Both the position numbers and the translations under genes were made by a program. The notes beneath the pieces are model-generated. The model saw only the letters and a list, made by a program, of their open reading frames with translations. It ran no database searches and had not been told where the DNA came from. From Azolla caroliniana (Eukaryota; Plantae; Polypodiophyta): a stretch of 64,000 bases of DNA. Numbering within the stretch: position 1 is the stretch's first letter; each line of letters begins with the position of its first letter. Where the stretch lies: contig JBHGNT010000013.1 in assembly GCA_043228905.1 (NCBI GenBank), forward strand, positions 7,998,001 through 8,062,000, read 5' to 3'. Of the stretch, positions 39,501 to 51,606 are shown in pieces.

Positions 39501-40655
39501 GGGAGTGAAACAGAGCATGAAACCATGAGGTCCCAAGCAGTAGGAGGAGAAACAAATCTCACAAAACAGAGAGTAAATCTATTTAGAAATAAAAAATAAG
39601 GAGTTTTTGAGTAGTCGGCAAACTTACTCCATAACTATATACACATTGGCGTCATCCTCACAAGCATCATAGAACTTCACGAGATTTTGATGTCCAGTGA
39701 GAGCCCTCAGGATCTTCACTTCTCTTTTCACATCCTCAATCGCTATGGTTGTTGTCATCTAGAATGGTACAGGTTTGAAGCCCAGAAACCACATTATTGT
39801 ATAATATTTCACTTCACCATCACAAGCAGATAGAAAGAAAAACAAAATGTATGCATACATCTTCTAAACATGTCCACACCTTCATAAGTGTATCGAATTG
39901 AGACCAACCTTTGCTTTCGAAATGACTTTAACAGCCACCGGTTGATCCTTGAGGTCTCCTTTCCTGACTTTGCCATGGCAAGTATGCCCAAAATGCCCAC
40001 GACCAATTTCCTCTCCAACCTCATATTTGACAATAAAGTTCTTGCCATAGCCAAATGTCTTGTTCAAGTCCATCTCGGTATACGGCTGCCCCTCCTCTGG
40101 TGTTGCGGCTGCCTCCCAAGACGAAGAAGAAGCAACAGTGGTGGTGGTGGTGGTGGGCATGCCTCCTCCGTCATTGGCATTGGGTTTGGCGATGACACGC
40201 CCATGTCTCCGGCGAAGGGCGGCCTGTATGTGTTTTGCAGGGGAAGGGGGCGGGAAAGGCCGCTTGAAGAAGAAGCCGTGAGGTGGTGTTGTGTTTGCAT
40301 TACTCACATTGTTGGCCGGGGAGGGAGGGCGGAAGGGTGAAGATATCCTGAAGGGCGAAGGAATGAAAGGAGAGCTTGTCCTGTTTCTGGCCGCCCGTGA
40401 AGACGATGACGACCACCACCACCACGATGGCGGCACCTGTGCTACTGAAGCAGAAGAAGAAGAAGAAGAAGAGAATGCCTGAGGAGGAAGCACCCCTTCT
40501 CCGACTCTTAGATTGGGAGGAGTGGCAACCTTTGCCTTCAAATCACCCTCGCATTCTTCTTTCCTCAAATCTCCCCCATCATGCTCCTTCAACCGCTTCT
40601 CTTGGCTCTCCCTCCTCCCACTCTCAGAGTGAGTCCTGCTGTAACAGGAACCCAT
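36506..40655 (-). CDS. CRK: CDPK-related protein kinase (CRK), 11 coding exons, 658 aa
   Basis: Exons 39909-40655, 39628-39758, 39406-39447, 39212-39320, 38894-38972, 38520-38816, 38332-38438, 37291-37398, 37079-37141, 36816-36983, 36506-36631; all introns GT-AG; total 1977 nt in frame. Motifs: MGSC acylation site, [44 protein letters not shown], degenerate EF-hands and [15 protein letters not shown]. Confidence 0.97.
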
Positions 40656-40668
40656 ATGGATTCCACTG

Positions 40669-40737
40669 ATTCTTCTTCTTCTTCTTCTTCTTCTTCTTCT
40701 TCTTCTTCACTACCTAATTCCTGAAAATGGAATAAAG

Positions 40738-40771
<34 letters not shown>

Positions 40772-41000
40772 AATGTGAGCCTTAACATGCATACTACTGC
40801 TGTGCTGCAGACATAGTTTTAAAACCATACATAGAGAGGCAAAGTAAGTAAGTAAGTAAGTAAGTCTGCGGAGAATCCTAGCAACTGCAACTTGCAATTG
40901 CAAGAGGGAAGGCAGAAGAAGAAGAAGAAGAAGAAGAAGAAGAAGGGGGCTCAATTTTCAAACTGAAGGAAGGAAGAGGAGGTTTGGTGAGTTTGAAGTA

Positions 41001-41049
<49 letters not shown>
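40669..41049. repeat. Microsatellite cluster in the CRK 5' UTR/promoter
   Basis: (TTC)n at 40669-40708, (TA)n near 40738, (AAGT)n near 40842, (AAG)n near 40916 and (CT)n at 41003-41049. Possible 5' UTR intron acceptor at 40721-40722. Confidence 0.85.
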
Positions 41050-41052
<3 letters not shown>

Positions 41053-43679
41053 ATCCATCAATTAACCTTTTATGTAAGTTCTGTGTGTTATATTATGTAT
41101 GTATATGTATGTACATACATTATTAGGCTGACTATATGTATGTGTTTTGTCATATGTATGTATGTGTTGTGTAATAATATGTCATCATTCATGGTCCTCA
41201 TCGATAGATGGATTGATCGATTGATCGCACCACACCCACCCACCCTTTCGGTTTCCTACCATTCCCTCAACACCCTACCTTCATCCCTCGTATAAAAACC
41301 TTTACTTAGACAATGCTTCGTATCACAACCGATAAATCTTGTTGGTCGTGCAGAACGTTGCATTGCAAGAATAGGTATGTTTGCATCCATAGTGTTCAGA
41401 TGGATTCGAAAACATTCGGATGTGCATAGCATTTGGTGACATATGGGATCTACATGTATGCTAGAGATTGTGGCGTATTTGTCACAATCACTTGCGTCAG
41501 GCTCCACAGTTCTAGTTTCCTCTTCTTGCCGTTGCACATGCAAATATTGTAGAGACATTTGGAAGGCTACCACATTTCAAGCTTTAATAGGCTCAATGTC
41601 TAGCCCTTTTCTACAACTTCAATAATATACATAAACATTATCGAAATCCCAATAGTATTTATTCCCGAACTCGTTATTTCTATCCATAGCTTAAGAACAC
41701 AACATAACTCAAGCAAACATTAATAACTCATCAAAAAGCAAAAAATAGATACCTATGAAGGAGAGAAATCACCATTCGTTCACATATAGCCACTCAATAA
41801 ACAACATGTCAATAAACACTTAAGGAACAAAGAGCATTGTTCGTTCACCTATCCCCCATGGACTTGAGCCAACTACTCCAAGTATTTATTCTCAAGCTTA
41901 AAATGCTAAATTTCTTAACAACTAGACCACAAAAGGCCATATTTTTTCATGCTTCTTGATATGTTTGTCAAACTTAGCTTGGATTTACAGTCCATCAATG
42001 AAAGAATTGCCATTTTTGCACGTTTTCTAAGTGGGAAGTGGCTTACCTTGAACATAAAACATTTCACAAACATTAGTTGGAAAGTGGCATATTGTCATGT
42101 CACTATTAATGATTCTTTATCTTCTTCTTATATTTTCTCTCCTCTCAATCTATTTTAACCGTGAATAAACAAAAGTGATGTATGCTCCACATAGAAGGCA
42201 TATATTACATGGACACTTGTAAGAGACCAAAATGGCCAAGTCACTTGAAAGAGAATAATGTTTCTACTTCATGCTCTATAGTCTATATCGTAAAAGCCTT
42301 CTAGTTTGACAAACATATTTTATATATGTATATACATACATACATTTGGCCACTGAAAATGAACTCGGCAAAGTTTGTTTACTTGTTTCTCCTCTATTTG
42401 ACTTTGTTCCAATCAATCTTGATATTTTCCCATGGAAATGTGTCCCACTAGCCTATTTTTATGTCACCTATAAAGAAACATTACTTTTTCATCTGCTTAT
42501 CTATGCCATATTTGTCTCTTAGTTTATTTGCAAAACCAATAAAAAAATGTGTGATAGAGGAAATCGTCAATCTTATAAACTAAGTTATTTTCATACCATG
42601 AGACTGTGCACTACACAACTTCATGTTCCCTCATATACCTTTCAAAACAAACAACAAGAATATGAGAAAGTTTGGATGCCACATTATATTATGTATCTTC
42701 CGTCAATTCTTTACCTTACACATTTGAACCTTGCAAATTTCTAGTCAAATAAATATACATATTAATCTATCAATAAAAACATATGGGAGAGGAGATTATT
42801 AATCTTATAACCCAAGTTATTTTCATACTATAAGACCATACATGATAGACTTTATGTGCTCTTTGTATACCTTCTTACGCGAATTGTGAGCAATACAAGA
42901 AAGCTTCAATGTTAAGTATATTGTGTTCCAGCTTTACCTTGCAATATCTTAAGCATACACATTAATGCATTGAGAAAATGTTCTCGTTCATCTTTGAACA
43001 ACCTGAAGGTCATGCATAATCTCATGTGATTTTCAAACATTAGACCAATAAAACCTTCATTGTGACTTCAAGTTCAACAAGTTATTTGTCATTTGAAAAT
43101 TGTGTTTCCTTGGATTTAGAAAAATCGTGTTGCACTATTAAAGAATTCTTGAATGTACAATAATTAGAAGTCATAATGTTGACTACACAAATATTATTTT
43201 GAGTTAGTTTACGACGTAATAGTGAATAGGATCCACAAGCTTGGTGTGAGTTATAAAAAAATAAAATCCATTTACTAAAGTGAGTATTTATGAAGCTAAA
43301 ATATGATGCATAAAATTGTTTTGTCAACTGTATTCCCACCCCCCCTCCGTTGCAGAGGATCGGGCTCGCGTTGATCAGTGATGATTGCCACTAGTTTATA
43401 GCTCTAGATACCTACTTACATTAAGTAGAAAGTAAGAGAGGATATGTACGCAAGCTCATATTCTTGAACTTGAGGGGGGGGGGGGGGGGGGGGGGTGATT
43501 CCCCGTTTTCTTGTATAGTCTTTCTATAAAAATCTCTCCTAACTAATGGGAAAGTATCTCTTTTTTGGAAAAAAAAGTACACAAATTGTTAATAGTATAT
43601 CGAGACTATCCCTCACCAAAATGCTCGTCTTATGAGTTCAAGGAATAAAACACTCACAACATCGGAAGTTGGAACACTA

Positions 43680-44288
43680 TATTTATAAACTTAGATTGAC
43701 ACATACGTGATATTCGTGGTATTCGCAATATTCGCAAATATGAAATGGTCCCAAGAATATTATAAAACCATTAGTTTTTACAATATTATATAAAAATGAA
43801 TTATTTAAAATAATTAATTAACTCATTATGCTCACTTATAATTAATTAATTCACTATTAGAATGGTATCCCTTATCAATCTATGCAATTCCGTGAAGTAT
43901 CCTCGACAAATTAAGAGGGATTAATTCACTAACAATTATTTAATTAGTTTTGCTGAAATAAACCCTAAGTTTACAAGCTGAGAATATCACTACACCCATT
44001 GTAGAGGATGCAAAAGCAAGCGATGATGCGGGCTGAGAAGAGAAAATATGGTCGAAATTAAGGTTTCGATTGAATTTAGCGTTTTCAATCAAAACCCTAA
44101 TCTTTAGATTGAGAACAAGATATAGGGGAGCCAAGGATGTAGGAGTAATGCAAGATGGAGGGGGAGGCGAGGATTTAGTGAAAAAAAAACAAAAAACGAA
44201 TACTTTTAGAAGCATTCGTATGCGTATTTGTATGCATTTGTGGGGCCTTCCCCATGAATGCGAATATGTCAATCTATGTTTATAAATA
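43680..44288. mobile_element. MITE-like element
   Basis: Terminal inverted repeat TATTTATAAAC(T/A)TAGATTGACA(C/T)AT at both ends; subterminal ATTCG repeats; AT-rich and non-coding. Confidence 0.7.
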
Positions 44289-45279
44289 GCAATAGGTCAT
44301 TGGTTGTAATTATCAAGAAGTAAAAATACGAAAGTTAGGAGCAAGCATTAGAATCATTATAAAAAATAGCTCATTATGGATCAAATGTATATGAATTAGT
44401 CTCTAATATGTTCCAATTCTACATGTCAAGAACCTAGTATTCAAAAAAAGCAAAAGCTAATGAGCCATTTGAGAGTCTTGATAAATTTTCGTTTATGCAT
44501 TTGTCACTACCAAGTTCTCAAGGATTGAAAATTTGAAGAAAAAAGGCATATATTGAGGTATTAGTTTGTGTGTGATGAAGATATTTTTCATTACCACGAA
44601 ATGCATAAAATATTAATATTGTTTGCAATCTTTAATTTAATCCATAAAGCAACATTTCTTTTCAATGATTAATTTGGCATCATAACCTATATATCTAACA
44701 AAGGAAACCATTATTTAGCCACAAGACAATGATAAGCTTAATGGTTAATGTTTTATTTTCATCCTAAACTTGAGCATATAAATTGTAATAATAAGGCTGA
44801 GGCTAAAATTGAAGATTGAGTCAATCTATTAACAATATTTTCAATTCAATCTAGTTTTGGTAAACTTTTATGTATTCTTTATTTATTTATTGAAAAACAA
44901 ACAACCATTAACAAAATTCAAATAATTAAGATTTACGCCATATACTGTGAGCTAAAACTCAATTCCTAATTTTAAGAAAAAAGCAAGATAAATAGCTAAA
45001 ATATAAAAGTGGAGATAGCTAATCCAAACATAAAAGTTAGATATACTTTAAATTGAGAGGATTAATGAGCTCTTAGAAAATCTATAAAAGTGTCTCTCTA
45101 CTTGCTCCCTATTAATCATTCCTTTTCACAAAATCATATTTTTGAAACATCGTCTCTTTAGAGCAAAGTCTCTTCATCTCTCTAATCTATAGTCATTAAT
45201 ATGGTTAATTAGATTTTAATTAACTACTATTATTAAGATAATATCATACAAGGTATATATAAATTACTAAGCTACACAC

Positions 45280-46900
45280 TTCTTTCTTCTTCTTTTTTCC
45301 AAAAAAGAATATACTCCATTAGTTAAAATGTCATTTTGTACACAACTTTAGTCCCTTTATTGGGTAGTCCTTGCCTACTTCCATATGGGGGACATCACTT
45401 ATTTATCTTACACATCACCTACATTCAATAGTCCACATTTTTGTTCTCTATGTATCTCATGTCATTCATGCCCCCTCTTCATCTAATGGGAGGGGGGACC
45501 AACCATTTGGGTACTACGTACTGCTATCGTATATCCATTCCAGTTTATGTAGCCATTGGTGTAGTACACCAATATTTTCTGAAATTCAGCCTCATTAGTT
45601 TTGAAGCATCATATGTTCCATCGATTCACTCATATTGTGCTCTCAATGTAATGTGTGCCATGTTAGCTTAATAGATTTAGATGGAGGCCATTTCTTAGTT
45701 GAAAATACCCCGGTACATCTTGTCGTCCATATGCACCATATGATAATGGGTGCAAGCAACATCCATAGATCTCCAATTTTCTGCTTTTGTGCACTAACTG
45801 TAGGTGTCATGTTATCAATGATCAATCGAATCGTTCCATTCTCCCCTCTGTACATTACTTTGCATGTGCTATCAAATTTCTCCACATCATCATCAAGATA
45901 GTTCCAACAAGCATGTCCCCATTTGAGGGTAAATGAGCTAGAGGCATGGCATAGCAATCATAATGCCCTTCCCATATAGCCGATGCCTCACGACATTCCC
46001 ATAGACAATGGGAAATGCTTTCTAACTGTCCACACACACTACATCTAGGGTCTACATTGGGGCCTTTACCCCCTCCCCTGTCCCTACTAGCAAGGTTCTA
46101 TGTGCAATAAGCCATAAGCACATCATTATCTTGCGGTCACCACTGTCATGCCACATCATTTTCCATAATTTATCTAATCTCCTTTCACTAATGCCCTCTT
46201 GTATCCAATATTTATGTGTTGCAATATTTTTGTGTTCTTGTTCTAGAATAATTTGCCTCCCGATTTTTGTGTTGTACCTGAAAAATTGAACCAACTTGCC
46301 ACCCTCGATTCATCTTTGAGTTCTCTAGAAATACATCGTTGGGTCCCAAGGTAGCTTATCTAAATGCCCTTCTATTGGCCAACACATTGTCATTGATGTG
46401 ATCTCACTCGACTTGGGGTCAACCATCATATCCTTTCCATTTTTTGCCATCAACCTAATCAACCTTTCAAATTGATAGGCTGGTTGCTCATATATTGCCA
46501 TTCCATGCTCTATTTTGTAGTAGCATGCCTAAGTAGATTCTGCTTTCATTCCCTTAGTTCCAATTAGATAATTTCTAGCATCTACAAGTCCTATCCATTC
46601 AATTTTGGAGGTAATTATATCTTCATCTTCCAAGGTTTGCTTGTTGCGTGCAATGGCATATGTAATTCTCTTGAGCATGCTTTTACCCCTGTTTATTCTC
46701 CATATTCTAGCATTTTGAGTGCCCCACGTCATTAGATAAAAATCTCTTCCAGTCCACTAACTAACGCATTCCATTGGGCATTGATTAAGTTGGCCCATTT
46801 GAAGCCTGCTTTTTGTCCTATCATCAACCCATCCACATCTCTGATAAGTGGGTTCCACACAATTGGCATGTACATCTGGGCATATGTAACACATTTGCGC
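45280..46900 (-). mobile_element. Degenerate LINE 3' fragment (zf-RVT region)
   Basis: LWKMMW...KIMMCLWLIAHRTL, C..C.QLESISHCLWECREASAIW and WCIWTTRC..VF; A-rich tail on the minus strand near 45280-45300. Confidence 0.8.
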
Positions 46901-47149
46901 TCACAAGTGGAAGGATAAGGAATATTTCGTTTGATTTTGGGGGTTTTTTTGCCATTTCATAAAACCCCTTGATACTAGTATCACATGTTCTCAAAAAGTT
47001 GAAAATTTCACCATTTGGTAAATTTGAAAAAAGCCAAAATTTGGTCAAATACGAAAAATAACTTTGTGTATTTTTAAGGAAAAATGACAACTAATAAGTT
47101 TTTAGATCTTAATTAATTTAGAAGCAAAAGATTTCAAAACAATCAACTT

Positions 47150-47750
47150 TTTTATATCATTCGATAAAATGTTGTCTAAATTTATTATATATCATTGCAC
47201 AAAAAATATATGGAGGAGTTATTTGTATCACTATGATCACTCCCTTTATGACAATCACTTTATAGCTAATATACAATTGTGACTCTTTCTCCTCATTTTC
47301 AAATGTACTAATCAAATCATTGTCTTCACCAAATGGTGTCTCCAAATTGTGTGCACGAAATCTTGTTCGCCTTCAATTTGAGACATCTTCTAGACTTGGT
47401 AATATCTCTTTTATTATGTCTATCGTTCTCTTCCGTAAACGTCCAACTTTTGTCAATGTAAAGTCATACACAATTATATTCACTTCACTAATGTCAATGA
47501 TATATTTATTACCAAGGTTTAATGCATCTCCATGTCCAAAACTTTACCAATCAAGAATGGGTGCCCTAGGTCATGGTAATCTACATGTGTAACTATTAAT
47601 GTCCCCACCTTGAGTTCTTGCAAGTTTCCTTGTCACCTAAGTTATGATTGTGTTGTCACCCTTGGTTCTACATAGATGTTTCTCTGTTGTGGATGGACCA
47701 ACCTATGAAGATCAACATTAACTACTTGAAGTGGTGATTGAGAACCACAA
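47150..47750 (-). pseudogene. Decayed coding fragment, possibly the C-terminus of a DNA transposon protein
   Basis: Frames give LQELKVGTLIVTHVDYHDLGHPFLIGKVLDM and LYDFTLTKVGRLRKRTIDIIKEIL, broken by stops and frameshifts. Confidence 0.4.
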
Positions 47751-47939
47751 GAATATTTTATAGACCATACCATGTAAATGACATTTGCAAGGTTCAATTA
47801 CCATTAACACAATTATTAATGGTTTTTTGTTGATCAATGAAGAACATGTTCACCATAAGGTATCTTGTTGTGCAACATACTTCTTTGCATTATCGATATG
47901 CTTCTTTTTCTCTTATAAACACATAGGTTTTAATACAAT

Positions 47940-48525
47940 TTGAGTTCATGTTTAAAAAAACTCTTTCATTTGAAAAAAAAGAACTTTTTTAAACATGATC
48001 TCGATACATTGTATCAAATTGATGTAAAACACAGACTTTTCATCACAATTTGATACAATGTATCGAATTCATGTTCAAAGTTTCTTTTTTCTTGATTTAA
48101 AAAATAAATAAATTTTTGTTTGAGCTTGAGTTGATGAAAAAACCAGAGTTTTCATCATAATTCGATACAATGTATTGACTTCATGTTTAAAGTAAAAAAA
48201 TTTAAACTTTTTGGAAAAAAAAACTTTAAACATGAATTCGATACATTGTATCGAATTGTGATGAAAACTCTAGTTTTTTCATCACTTCAAGCTCAAAAAC
48301 AAATTTCAAAAAAACCAAAATAAATAGGAAAAAAAAAACTTTAAACATGAACTCAATACAATGTATCGAGTTTATGTTGAAAACTTTATTTTCAACATGA
48401 ACTCAATACATTGCATCGAGTTCATGTTGAGAACTAAGCTTTTGAACACGAACTCGATACAATGTATCGAGTTGATGTAAAAAATTGAGTTTTCAACATG
48501 AACTCGATACATTGTATCGAACTGT
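47940..48525. repeat. Array of palindromic units with nested foldback structure
   Basis: About 8 copies of AACATGAACTCGATACA(A/T)TGTATCGAGTTCATGTT or variants; inverted arms at 48119-48192 and 48224-48296. Confidence 0.9.
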
Positions 48526-48689
48526 ACTGCAAAGGCTCTATTTTACTATTAAAATTATCGAGTCGTTGAATAAATTGTATATTTTTACAAATAATCTCTA
48601 TTTTTGTAATGAATTTCTATTTTTTTCCAAGATTTTCCATTAGAAAATCTTGTATATATATTTATGTTTAGTTAGCATGCATGTATAAA

Positions 48690-48765
48690 TTGGTGTAATG
48701 TATGTATATACATATTCATGGATGTAAATTGTAATATTTGAATGCAGGTATATATGGATGCATGC

Positions 48766-48796
<31 letters not shown>

Positions 48797-49041
48797 TGCT
48801 ACTTCAAATTTGAGTATTGTTTGCATAATATATTCTTTACTATCTTATTGAAATATCTAATATTTAATGGGCTTATGTAAAAAAAAATTCCAGCATAATT
48901 GATAATACCCTAATGTAAATATATTTTCAAACCTTTATTAATATCTTTATTTATATATATTCTGTATCTCACTGATTAATTAAAACCCCTTTTGATGAAC
49001 TCACATGCTATCATACAAGTTTTGAGAGTGAAGGCCCTGGG
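48690..49041. mobile_element. R terminus of DNA transposon copy Y
   Basis: Homologous to 4700-5054. Ends ATGAACTCACATG-N20-GTGAAGGCCCTGGG; flank GGTTGCAG. Confidence 0.8.
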
Positions 49042-51606
49042 GGTTGCAGATATTGGCCCTTGAAAACTGTGACAACATCTGTCTAGGTATCGAGCAATTT
49101 CCCCAAAGTTCGGAGCCCACGCCACTAGGCCACAGCCTTACCGCCTAGTTCTCGGCCGACATATGAAATCTTCATACTATCTGGCGTGGGATAGAGCTCA
49201 AAATGAGACTCCCATCGGCCCAGCCATAGCTTCTTCGGTTCTTTCCTTTTTTTCTCCCATAAATGGCTTTACGACAAATGATGGTTCACCTTGATGCTCA
49301 TCGAGTCTATTAGTCTCACGTTGTAAACTAATGACACGTGCCTCGAGAGCACTTTGAGATTGCCGAAGTTCGAACATCTGATGTGCGATTGAACTAAGGA
49401 AATGTTGTATTTGTAAAAAATACAACTCAATGGACATTGGTCCAGGAGGATTTCTTTGAGTTCCTTCCGCTTGAGCGGATGGCATCGAGTCGTTATTCTG
49501 AGCCATTGAATGATTATTTCTGGCAAAGAAATAGGATAAGGTTAGACAAATAGTCATAACATCATGTTGTGATGTAAACATATCATGGGCCAACATTAAT
49601 CGATATCATGATCTCACGCCAATACCCCTCTAGACGTATGAGATGAAGTTCAAGATTAGGTTACTATGGTAACACAAAGGTGTTTTAAAAACCATGGGGG
49701 TGACAAATGAATGTCTTTCCTTGATATCTATATCAATTTTTTCATGGCGGCTCCCCAAGGCTCAACCGTGTATGTTCACGTCATGAATAGTTTATACACG
49801 AAAAAAATGTTAACAATAAACTATGTTTCTGTGCCCACGTAGACCTAAAGTCCAAACATGCATTATAGTCATATTTATCAACAATGTTGTATGGTCTTAG
49901 TCATATTTGAACTCGAGACCTTGAGAACAAATGCATTAAACACTTGAGCTAACCAAATAGGTTGCTCGTGTTGAATGTTTAACATTTTGTGCATATAAGA
50001 GATAACCAAATAGGCATTTGACCATATATGTTTTTTTAAAAGAAACATATATGTCAAGAGTCCTTATTTCCCTCTCATTCACCACAAACTATGTTGGTAC
50101 GTTACCTAACCTCAAGTCTCATAATTGCGATGGCATACGCCAAAGTGCAACCTAATGGTCAAGCCAAATGAGCCCTCTTTTCGTAGTAGGCCCACGCGGC
50201 CCATCACATAGTTACGTCATTACGAATGCCTTTCGTAAGAATGATCTCATGGTGGCATCGTATCCATGTAATGAGGGAGGGATGTTGGATATGTGTGTCA
50301 TAGGAGCGACCTTAGATGAAGTGGATCAAGCCCTACATTCCCAACATCATTGTGGCTCTAAACATTTCGTTACGTAACGAAATCGAAGTGACCAACGGGG
50401 ATGTCAACAAACAAATTGTCGAAAAAAGGGTGGTGACTACGCCATTCTCACAAAAATGTGAGGACGGCTACCAAGATCCTTTCCCCGAAAAGGACAACAT
50501 TCGATATAGAAATCACGTTATAACTAACATACACATGTATATTTATCACATATATACGATCAAATATGTATACACGTGACCACATATGCATATATTAAAA
50601 AAAATCGTAACATTAAATAGCCAACATATGATGAAATCGAGACACGTAATCGAGGCATATAGCCTCTACGCACACGAAACCTCCAAAAATAAGGGTTAAT
50701 CGTAATATGCAATTGAGGTATGGACCTCTTATGCATACGGCACTAAACACATCATTTACTTAGAAATCAAAGTATTGACCTCATAAACATACGTAACATA
50801 TGTATGTGAACGTAATACGCAATTGAGGTATTAACCTCGTATGCATACGACATGAATCACATATCAAATATATGTCAAATGAGGTATTGACCTCATACAC
50901 ATACGTAAACGTTTTATACAACCAATTAATTACCACTACAACATTATTGAATCAATAAAGAAAAAATATATTGACTATACATGATTAGATTGAGAGAAGA
51001 AAGAATAGAAAAAAAGAAAGAAAGAGTTACCGAAGTTCGTTTGTTGATCGCTATCTGGATCAAGGTCGACCGCACGTCGATTGATCACCATCCATTAAGA
51101 AGACAAAAACCAACAAAAGAAACATTAGAAACAATAGTTATGATACCAACTGTTAGAGAGATGTTCTAACGTAAGCATATGATAAGGATAAAAGATATAT
51201 GAAATAAGAAAGGAGATAGAGAAAGAAGGGTGCCGATCCACCCGACCAACCCCCGAGCAAAGGGATCAAGACAGAATCAAGCTTCGATCGGCGTCCCATA
51301 CCACTGCTGTGGCGTCAAGTCATACCTGGTGTTGGCACACTCGCTACAAGAGTTGACCCACCACAAGAACGGAGTCTCGACGTAGTCAAGAGATGATGAA
51401 ATGAGGGTAGTTAGGCCTCATATTTATAGAGAGACCCAAAACCCCCAGGCAAGTTCACACTTGGCCTAATGGGTTGTCTCAATCCCGAGGATTAAAAGTA
51501 ATCCTCCCTTTCTTTCTACTCTCGTTTAACCCTCATACTTATCCACATGTATAGAATATTACGGTAAATTCTCACCATGGGATATTATATGGTCATGCCC
51601 ATAACA
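49042..51606 (-). mobile_element. Gypsy chromovirus A, 5' part (5' LTR, PBS, long leader, gag N-terminus)
   Basis: LTR 51151-51606 is the reverse complement of 33471-33821 (the latter lacks about 100 bp). PBS TGGTATCA at 51141-51148. Gag fragments ...KISYVGRELGGKAVA*WRGL...FKGQYLQP join LQPPSRTE at 9905. Confidence 0.9.

Noticed and set aside
41256-41625. Short ORFs upstream of CRK as a divergent gene
   Set aside because: No recognisable domain or exon structure.
42540-42880. Old direct repeat with a period of about 240 bp
   Set aside because: Highly diverged and AT-rich, with no element ends; not informative.
43340-43500. C/D snoRNA or small foldback between C and G runs
   Set aside because: A C-box-like GTGATGA is present, but there is no CTGA D box or proper terminal stem.
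47940-48525. CRISPR-like array of palindromic repeats
   Set aside because: Spacers are short, irregular, related to each other and self-complementary. No cas genes, and the context is eukaryotic.
49903-49961. Degenerate tRNA-SINE head on the minus strand (TAGCTCAAGTG...AGTTCAAAT)
   Set aside because: Box spacing is short, and no tail or TSD was identified; too weak to call.
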